This document shows, piece by piece, positions 58,066 through 64,000 of a stretch of DNA of 64,000 bases. Source of the stretch: Candidatus Parcubacteria bacterium (GTDB taxonomy: Bacteria; Patescibacteriota; Minisyncoccia; Phycocordibacterales; UBA2100). How positions within the stretch are numbered: the stretch's first letter is position 1; each line of letters begins with the position of its first letter. The stretch covers positions 2,859-66,858 of the forward strand of contig JBEEJY010000006.1 in assembly GCA_041168925.1 (NCBI GenBank). The letters are read 5' to 3'. The translations under genes were made by a program, and so were the position numbers. A model generated the notes under the pieces. It ran no database searches. It was not told where the DNA came from and saw only the letters and a list, made by a program, of their open reading frames with translations.

Positions 58066-58452
58066 TTATCGCCGAGGCGTGAATATCTGGTCGGTCTTTT
58101 TATTGTTGCTCTCGGCTGCTTGATCAGGGTTCGGAGAAGCCATGCGCGTTTCGAGCGGCGCAAAGGGATTCGGACGGCCGACCGGTTCCTGCACGATTTC
58201 CGTGGAGAAATCTTTGAGGCTCAAGAACGATGGGTCTCCAAATATCCCGCCATCGAGCTTCACCGCCCGGAGTGCAAGGAGCGTAGAGACAAGTTCCTGT
58301 TCCGACTTGCTCGTCACGCCGCCCGAAGGCGCAGAGGTCACAAGCGCGGGCTCGGGTGCCGAGGATGAGGATAGCCCATACCACGCCCCGCCCGCTACAA
58401 GCAGCGCGATCACGATAAGAAGTATTTTGTTGTGGAGAAGGCTTTGCATCAT
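58066..58452 (-). CDS. Hypothetical bitopic protein (possible PilP-like pilus assembly accessory)
   Basis: An N-terminal TM helix (ILLIVIALLVAGGAWYGL) is followed by a Ser/Pro-rich linker and a small C-terminal domain. Function is inferred only from position between pilO and pilB. Confidence 0.35.
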   Translation of the reverse strand: MMQSLLHNKILLIVIALLVAGGAWYGLSSSSAPEPALVTSAPSGGVTSKSEQELVSTLLALRAVKLDGGIFGDPSFLSLKDFSTEIVQEPVGRPNPFAPLETRMASPNPDQAAESNNKKTDQIFTPRR

Positions 58453-58456
58453 AGTA

Positions 58457-59074
58457 TTACTTGAGCCAGTAGGTGCGGAGCGTAATATTGTAAGCGTAGA
58501 TCGGTTCGGGTGTTTGGACCGGCTCGCCTTTCTTCCCTGCAGGAGCAGCTACTGGGGAGCGCGATTCGGGAGTGAGAGAGAGCGACGCGAGATCGACGAT
58601 GCGCAGTGACGATTCGAGATCGCTCAAGAATTGATAGAAGTTTGCATAGGTGCCGCGCGTTGAGAATGTCAGCGTGAGCGAGTCGTATTTTTGACTCGAC
58701 GCACCGATCGCTCCGATCGCGGTCTGGCTTTTCTTGTCTTGTGCGGCGGAACTCGAGATATCGACGTTTTGCAGCGAGAGTCCGTATCGATTCGCGAGAT
58801 TATCAAGATCGAGAATGAGTCGGACGTTGTCGACATGATCGGGAAGGAGTTTTTGGAGACGGTCGAGATTGGCCGGATCGAAGGCATTGAAGCGCGAGAG
58901 CAGCGTTTGTTTGAGCTGTTGCAACTCCCGCGCCTTGTCGAGCGCTGCATTGTAGCCGACGATCTCTACCTGCGAAGCCTGCACGTTATCGTACGCCGGC
59001 CGCGTGTAGAATATAAAGATGCCTCCCGCCAAGATAAGTCCGACCAGTGCGAAAAGAAGACGCGTCATACTCAA
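58457..59074 (-). CDS. pilO: PilO-like type IV pilus biogenesis protein
   Basis: An N-terminal TM helix, then a coiled coil (ALDKARELQQLKQTLLSRF), then a ferredoxin-like C-terminal domain. It has a 4-nt overlap with pilN upstream. Confidence 0.55.
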   Translation of the reverse strand: MSMTRLLFALVGLILAGGIFIFYTRPAYDNVQASQVEIVGYNAALDKARELQQLKQTLLSRFNAFDPANLDRLQKLLPDHVDNVRLILDLDNLANRYGLSLQNVDISSSAAQDKKSQTAIGAIGASSQKYDSLTLTFSTRGTYANFYQFLSDLESSLRIVDLASLSLTPESRSPVAAPAGKKGEPVQTPEPIYAYNITLRTYWLK

Positions 59075-59820
59075 TTGCTGTATGTCGGCACGCGCGGGAG
59101 CGAATTGCCCTGCCCTTGCGATGGCGCGGCTGGCGATTGATTCGATTCCGGATTCTCAAACGGCGATGGAGCTGCGGGGGCTGGAGATTGCTGCGGCTGC
59201 TGCCCTTGCGGATTAGAATTCATGGCACCCGTTAAGACGGACGCGTAGTTCACCGTCCCGGGATTGACGACCGCGGTAAGATCGAAGTGCACCCCGTCTT
59301 CTTGCCGCGCGATATTCGAAAATATCGGTCCGGTGATGACGCCGTTTTTTGAAAAGATGTCCGCCTGAAGCGCAATCGCATTGACGCTTTCGGCGACTCC
59401 TGCCATTTTCACGGCCATATGCTGCACGTCGGGGGCTTCGAAATCGAGCGTCTGGAATGCGACAGTTTGCAGCGTCGCTTGTTCAAGCGCGCGAAAGAAC
59501 GCGGTCGGAGCGACATGCGCGCCGAGAATCAGATCGCCCGCATGCATGCGGTCGTCGAGACGGGTCAGCTGCTGTATGAGCGACGGTTCGAATGCGGCTT
59601 TCGCGCGCTGCAGTTGATCTACCTTTGATTTTTTCTCCGTCGTCAAGAACTGCGCATAGAGAAATACGCCGATCGCAAGCGCGACCGACGCGACAAGAAG
59701 CACGATGGCACTCAAAAGCAAGAGATCGTTGAGACCGCCTTTATGCTTCGGTTTCGCAACAGCGGTAGTAACCGCCGTGTCGTGCGGTATGAAAGATCCT
59801 GGTACGACTTTATCTGCCAT
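59071..59820 (-). CDS. pilN: PilN-like type IV pilus biogenesis protein
   Basis: A short cytoplasmic N-terminus, a TM helix (LLLLSAIVLLVASVALAIGVFLY), a coiled coil, a periplasmic domain, and a Gln/Pro-rich tail. It follows pilM. Confidence 0.55.
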   Translation of the reverse strand: MADKVVPGSFIPHDTAVTTAVAKPKHKGGLNDLLLLSAIVLLVASVALAIGVFLYAQFLTTEKKSKVDQLQRAKAAFEPSLIQQLTRLDDRMHAGDLILGAHVAPTAFFRALEQATLQTVAFQTLDFEAPDVQHMAVKMAGVAESVNAIALQADIFSKNGVITGPIFSNIARQEDGVHFDLTAVVNPGTVNYASVLTGAMNSNPQGQQPQQSPAPAAPSPFENPESNQSPAAPSQGQGNSLPRVPTYSN

Positions 59821-59973
59821 ATTCTTTCATACAGAACGCGTCGCCGCGACAATGGATCGAAAATCTTTTGCGGTTCTCGTACCACAATCTAGACCGGGGT
59901 ATTTTGCAAAAATTGGCTGATGATGGAACATATATTGTTTGATCCAGGGGCATATTTCGCTGCGGAGCATAGC

Positions 59974-61119
59974 CTACGAATTTCGAAGCTTTCGGAGCGC
60001 GACGCCGACTGCGACCGCAAAACCCGGTCCGATCTCTCGCAGTACCTGCTCGAGAAACGCGGGAGCTTCCGTGCGAGAAAACGGATTCGCGATCTCGACT
60101 TCCGTCGAGAGCGAACTTCTTGCCACCTCCGAAAGTCCGGGTAGCGACGCGCCGCCCCCCGTCAGGACTACGCGCGACACATTTTTATTGTATCGCTGAC
60201 CGTAGCTCAATAGTACCCGATTCACCTCGGAAAACACGCGTGAGAGTGTGGATAGGAGCGCTTGCCTGATGCGGTCGTTCTCGTCGGGGCTATAAGCGGT
60301 CGAATCGACGAGGCCGCGTTCGCGTTTGATGCGCTCCGCTTTGTCGAACTCCCAATTGAGGGAACGCGCGAGGCCTTCCGTCATATGCTGCCCGCCCACC
60401 GAGGTGAGGTGCGAGAGACGGACGACGCCGCGCTCTACGACGTAGATTTTTGTCGTCGCGGCGCCAAAATCAACGACGAGGATCGGCGCGATTCCGTGGC
60501 CGACGGACGAGCGCACCGCACTAAAGATTTCGATCTCATAAAAATTGACTGTTAGGCCGGCGTTGGTCGCCACCGTCTGGTAACTCTGCAAAATATTGTT
60601 GTGTATCGCGACGAGCAGCACCTCTTGGCCCTTGGCTTGCATCACGGTTTTTGGCTGTATGCGATCAAAGGCGCTCTGCTCGCCTTCCTCCTTTGGGATC
60701 ACGAACCAATCGAGCGTGACCTCATTGACCGGTATCGGAATATACTTGCGCGCCTCGATCGGGATCATGCGCTTCAGCTGCTCCGGCTCGGCGTTTGGAA
60801 GATCGAGCACCGAGACGAGGCTCGACGCAAACGGGATCGAGAGTCCGCCAGAGCGTGCCGTCACGTTGGCCTCGCGCATGACATCGGTGAGCGCTTCGGC
60901 GATCTTTTCCGGGGCGAGCTTCACGGCTTTACCGATCGGCTGGCCGCCGTATGGGCCGAGCGCGATCTCGCCGTACGTTTCCAGTATCGCCGCGCCGCGC
61001 GAGGAGCGCAGCTGCACTATCTTCGCGCTCGATGCGCCGATATCGATGCCGAGCACGCTTCCCTCCGCGCTCTTCCCGAGTCCGATATTCTTAAATATAC
61101 CGCTGAGCGAGAACGCCAT
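59974..61119 (-). CDS. pilM: Type IV pilus assembly protein PilM (actin-like ATPase fold)
   Basis: VLGIDIGASSAKIVQL (phosphate-1-like) and ILVVDFGAATTKIYVV (second ASKHA repeat) fit this fold. 381 aa. Confidence 0.8.
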   Translation of the reverse strand: MAFSLSGIFKNIGLGKSAEGSVLGIDIGASSAKIVQLRSSRGAAILETYGEIALGPYGGQPIGKAVKLAPEKIAEALTDVMREANVTARSGGLSIPFASSLVSVLDLPNAEPEQLKRMIPIEARKYIPIPVNEVTLDWFVIPKEEGEQSAFDRIQPKTVMQAKGQEVLLVAIHNNILQSYQTVATNAGLTVNFYEIEIFSAVRSSVGHGIAPILVVDFGAATTKIYVVERGVVRLSHLTSVGGQHMTEGLARSLNWEFDKAERIKRERGLVDSTAYSPDENDRIRQALLSTLSRVFSEVNRVLLSYGQRYNKNVSRVVLTGGGASLPGLSEVARSSLSTEVEIANPFSRTEAPAFLEQVLREIGPGFAVAVGVALRKLRNS

Positions 61120-61140
61120 CCAAAAATTATACCACCTCGA

Positions 61141-61470
61141 TCATACGAGCTTGTCTATTTTTGCGGCGAGGATGAAATCACTCTCGGAAAGACCTTTGAT
61201 GGCGTGCGTCGTAAGCTCGGCGGTCGTCTTGCCCCATGAGATCTGCAGATCGGGATGATGTCCTTCTTTTTCCGCGATGTCGGCTATCTTTTTCGCGAAC
61301 GTGAAGGCCTCGGCGAAGTCTTTGAATTTGAATTCTTTCGATATCCAGCGCGCGTCGCCGGAGAGCGTCCAGCCGATTAGCTGCTTCATGAGCGCTTCCG
61401 CTTCATCGCGCGAGAGGGGCGACTGACCGCTTTTGCATGCGACGCAGTTCTTCGCGGCAAGATCTTGCAT
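61141..61470 (-). CDS. Pterin-4-alpha-carbinolamine dehydratase (DCoH/PCD family)
   Basis: Start set to the ATG at 61470 (MQDLAAKNCVACKSG...), not the ORF-track 61716. The EGHHPD motif (AEKEGHHPDLQISW) is diagnostic of PCD. 110 aa. Confidence 0.75.
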   Translation of the reverse strand: MQDLAAKNCVACKSGQSPLSRDEAEALMKQLIGWTLSGDARWISKEFKFKDFAEAFTFAKKIADIAEKEGHHPDLQISWGKTTAELTTHAIKGLSESDFILAAKIDKLV

Positions 61471-61509
61471 CGCCGAAGTGTACCACGTACGCGCGTTAGA
61501 ATTAACACG

Positions 61510-62154
61510 ATGTGGAACATTTTGGAAACGATAATCGATGTTATCTTGCCGCTGCGCGAGAGAAGCGCTCGCACAAAAAAGCGTTCGCTCGAAGACATCC
61601 CGCTGCAACCTGTCACTCACGAACTCCTTGGCGCGCGAATCACGACTCTGATGGATTACCGCGATCCCGCCGTACAAGATCTCATCAGATCCTTGAAGTA
61701 CGACCGCTCCGCGCATGCGGCGCGCCTGGCGGCGGAGTTGCTTGCCGATTATCTGAAAGAAGAGATCGCGTCATCGCGCGCGTTTTCGGCCAGGGAGTTT
61801 CTCATCATGCCCGTGCCGCTGCACAAAGCGCGCGTGCGCGAGCGTGGCTACAATCAAATCGAGTTTGTCTTGCGAGCGCTCTCGATCGAATTTCGAGACG
61901 GCACGATCGCGAGGCTCGTATGCGATGCGCTCGCGCGCACGCGAAACACGCAGCCGCAGACGCGACTGCCGCGCTCGCAGAGGCTCTCGAACGTCGCCGG
62001 TGCTTTCGACGTGCCGCTCCCTTATCGCGTGGAAAAAAAGAGAATATTTCTTATTGATGACGTCACGACGACCGGTGCCACGCTCGTCAACGCTGGCAAC
62101 GCGCTGCGACGCGCGAATGCCGAAGTTGATTTGATCGCGCTTGCCCGTGCGTAG
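61510..62154 (+). CDS. comFC: ComF-family protein (ComFC-like phosphoribosyltransferase domain)
   Basis: The PRTase-fold PRPP-binding loop IFLIDDVTTTGATL sits in a context typical of ComFC/GntX-like proteins. Start set to the ATG at 61510 (MWNILETI). Confidence 0.7.
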   Translation: MWNILETIIDVILPLRERSARTKKRSLEDIPLQPVTHELLGARITTLMDYRDPAVQDLIRSLKYDRSAHAARLAAELLADYLKEEIASSRAFSAREFLIMPVPLHKARVRERGYNQIEFVLRALSIEFRDGTIARLVCDALARTRNTQPQTRLPRSQRLSNVAGAFDVPLPYRVEKKRIFLIDDVTTTGATLVNAGNALRRANAEVDLIALARA

Positions 62155-62222
62155 ATTTCGGCAAGCGGCGCTTGTCCGGACAAGGCGGGGCGTGCAATGG
62201 CTGCGCGGCGATTGCGTACGAC

Positions 62223-62660
62223 TCAGGAGATTTCATCTCGCAACAATCTCCCCCGTTGAGAGCGGGCGTTTTTTGCGCTCATCCGTTTGGTCACTTCCGC
62301 GACGAGCTCTGAGGGAGTGTAATTGGCCTTGAGTAAATGCGCGTCAGCGCCGAGATCAGCGAGACGCGATTTTTCCGCGTCCTGGCCTTCGTTGGTGAGC
62401 GCAAGTTTCAAACTGCGCTTCGCCAATCGCTCGGCCTGCACCGCCTCGATAAATTCGTATCCGCTTCTGCTATCCGGCATCGTGATGTCGAAAAGTATTA
62501 CGTCGGGCGTAAAGCCGCTTCGCAGCACCTGCAGCGCGTCGTCCGTCGAATAATACGTGGAAACCTGGTATCCGCTCTTCTCGAATTTCAATCTATAGAT
62601 CGTGAGCAAAAATTTCTCATCGTCCAGCATGAGCACCGTCGGTTTTCGTTCGGCCTTCAT
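62223..62660 (-). CDS. Single-domain response regulator (CheY-like receiver); paralog of 55952..56359
   Basis: VLMLDDEKFLLTIYRLKFEKSGYQVSTYYSTDDALQVLRSGFTPDVILFDITMPD aligns closely with the regulator inside the pilus locus. 145 aa with no output domain. Confidence 0.8.
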   Translation of the reverse strand: MKAERKPTVLMLDDEKFLLTIYRLKFEKSGYQVSTYYSTDDALQVLRSGFTPDVILFDITMPDSRSGYEFIEAVQAERLAKRSLKLALTNEGQDAEKSRLADLGADAHLLKANYTPSELVAEVTKRMSAKNARSQRGRLLRDEIS

Positions 62661-62726
62661 AGGCTTGCCTCCATTCTATATCGCGCCGTGAAAATAAGTA
62701 GCCGATGTGGTATTTTGAGCATTCAA

Positions 62727-62814
62727 GGAGAGGTGGCAGAGCGGTCGAATGCAGCACACTGCTAATGTGTTGAGCCTCAAAAGGGCTCCGAGGGTTCGAA
62801 TCCCTCCCTCTCCG
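62727..62814 (+). tRNA. tRNA-Ser (anticodon GCU)
   Basis: GGAGAGG-TG-GCAGAGC...-GCACA-CTGCTAA-TGTGT with a long variable arm (TGAGCCTCAAAAGGGCTCCG), then GAGGG-TTCGAAT-CCCTC-CCTCTCC-G. The 88-nt class II structure carries anticodon GCT. Confidence 0.8.
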
Positions 62815-62816
62815 AA

Positions 62817-63302
62817 ATGACTCTCACCGCTCATGCAATTGTAGGCGCGGTTTTGGTGAGTCTGGTGCCGGAGCACCCGGCGCTTGGCGTGTCGGCGGCA
62901 TTCGCAAGCCATTTTTTAGTGGATGCGATACCTCATCTCGACTACAAGATATTCTCCGCTTCGGTACACCCTAATGGCGGTGCGCCGATGAAATACGATC
63001 GAGCGCTCTTGCTCGATGCAATTCGCATCTGCGCCGACGGGCTGATCGGGATGGCGCTCTCATTTGCGCTCTTCGCGACACGGGATACCTGGCTTCTGAT
63101 CATGATCGGGGCGACCGCCGGTATTCTTCCCGATTCACTGCAATTCGCCTATGCGCGTCTGCGCAAAGAGCCATTGGCGTCTCTCCAGCGATTTCACGAG
63201 TGGATGCACACGCGTCATCATTTTCGCGAACATCAGGTACTGGGCGTCGTGTCCCAAGTGATGTTCGTCGTTGCGGTAGCGGGTGTTGCGCTCTACCTTT
63301 GA
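62817..63302 (+). CDS. Hypothetical integral membrane protein (possibly a YdjM-like membrane-bound metal-dependent hydrolase)
   Basis: 161 aa with four hydrophobic segments. His/Asp residues sit at the helix ends (HAIVGA..., HFLVDAIPH). It starts 3 nt after the tRNA-Ser. Confidence 0.4.
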   Translation: MTLTAHAIVGAVLVSLVPEHPALGVSAAFASHFLVDAIPHLDYKIFSASVHPNGGAPMKYDRALLLDAIRICADGLIGMALSFALFATRDTWLLIMIGATAGILPDSLQFAYARLRKEPLASLQRFHEWMHTRHHFREHQVLGVVSQVMFVVAVAGVALYL

Positions 63303-63353
63303 CTCTGGCTCTGACTCTGGCGCAGGACAGTTTATCGGTTATACTATTTATCG

Positions 63354-63629
63354 ATGCATCCATTCGGCATGTGGGACGGGATGGGCTGGGGCTATATGCC
63401 ATCCGGTGTTGGGACGCTATTTCTGGCAGTCATCGCGTGGAGCATTCTTTGGAAGGGACTGGCATTATGGAGAGCGGCGAAACGCGGCGAAAAAATTTGG
63501 TTCATTGTCTTTCTCTTTGTAAATACCGCGGGCATTCTTGAAATTATTTACCTCTTCCTCATCACGGGCGCAAAACTCTCCGACTTTTCGCCATCGGGAA
63601 AAAGACACGAACACCAAGGCCAACACTAA
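63354..63629 (+). CDS. Small membrane protein (2 TM helices)
   Basis: 91 aa: MHPFGMWDGMGWGYMPSGVGTLFLAVIAWSILWKGLALW...IWFIVFLFVNTAGILEIIYLFLITGAKL. Confidence 0.4.
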   Translation: MHPFGMWDGMGWGYMPSGVGTLFLAVIAWSILWKGLALWRAAKRGEKIWFIVFLFVNTAGILEIIYLFLITGAKLSDFSPSGKRHEHQGQH

Positions 63630-63997
63630 AGAATCTGGTAAATGAGCCAGGTGATGACGGAAAGCGCGAGTGCGCCGAAAAAGGCGGCGAGAAATCCGCT
63701 TACGACGAATCCGGGAACGATCGCCGACATGAGCCAGAAAAGAAGCGCGTTTAATATGAGAGAAAACAAACCGAAGGTGAGGATGGTGATCGGGAGCGTG
63801 AGGAGCGAGAGCACGGGCTTGATGACTAGCGAGAGCACCGACCACACGAGCGCGACGATGAGAATCGTTTGCCATCCCCCGGCCACCGAAACCCCCGGCA
63901 CGAGCGAGACGGTAAGATACACTGCCGCGGCGGTCCCCAGATACCGAAGAATGGTGTGCATATGGCCAGTGTAGCACTTCATTCCCTCCTCTTTCAA
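63626..63997 (-). CDS. DUF360 / phage-holin-4-like family membrane protein
   Basis: 123 aa with four TM segments. The pattern ...LIVALVWSVLSLVIKPVLSLLTLPITILTFGLFSLILNALLFWLMSAIVPGF resembles DUF360 (mycobacterial 4-TMS holin superfamily) proteins. Confidence 0.45.
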   Translation of the reverse strand: MKEEGMKCYTGHMHTILRYLGTAAAVYLTVSLVPGVSVAGGWQTILIVALVWSVLSLVIKPVLSLLTLPITILTFGLFSLILNALLFWLMSAIVPGFVVSGFLAAFFGALALSVITWLIYQIL

Positions 63998-64000
63998 ACC

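Noticed and set aside
63303-63353. Short direct repeat GACTCTGGCTCTGACTCTGGC between two small membrane-protein genes.
   Set aside because: Only two imperfect copies. Most likely incidental, with no associated feature.

Overview
This 64 kb window is high-GC (about 60%) bacterial DNA. Nearly every gene has an overlapping antisense ORF in the six-frame track, which is typical of high-GC sequence. The genes are tightly packed and uninterrupted, and they use the standard genetic code (TGA terminates groEL, glmS and pyrG correctly). The gene content suggests a reduced, envelope-focused cell, possibly from the CPR/Patescibacteria (inference only). Chaperone, nucleotide, cell-division and DNA-repair genes sit beside secreted proteins carrying peptidoglycan-binding, IPT and PKD domains, a GH18 hydrolase and a large type IV pilus (T4P) locus next to comFC. 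No biosynthetic operons are present.

The main blocks in order are: groES-groEL; a family-5 ABC substrate-binding protein with RNase J; two HhH-GPD DNA glycosylases (MutY-like and Nth); a MurF-like ligase followed by an unusual DegT-aminotransferase::FemABX fusion gene; a YvcK/CofD-family gene; metK preceded by a candidate SAM-I riboswitch and an intrinsic terminator; glmS; typA; msrB; an ABC-2 exporter; an MFS transporter; pyrG; ftsEX-prfB; gatCA-ligA; and a roughly 11.5 kb minus-strand T4P locus (pilM-N-O, pilB, a CheY-like regulator, pilT, pilC, pilA, pilD and three more pilins) flanked by a DCoH/PCD gene and comFC.

I could fold eight tRNAs by eye. The most unusual one is a tRNA-Thr(GGU) whose anticodon loop carries a 169-nt insertion with group I intron boundary features (5' exon ends in U, insert ends in G). 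A low-GC ORF with a helix-turn-helix and a LAGLIDADG-like motif ends two nucleotides from that tRNA's 5' end, making it a candidate homing endonuclease. Other points are a basic 56-aa bL34-like ORF missing from the ORF track, an RG-rich N-terminal extension on RNase J, and paired orphan CheY-like regulators. I found no CRISPR array, no IS or transposase, and no rRNA.
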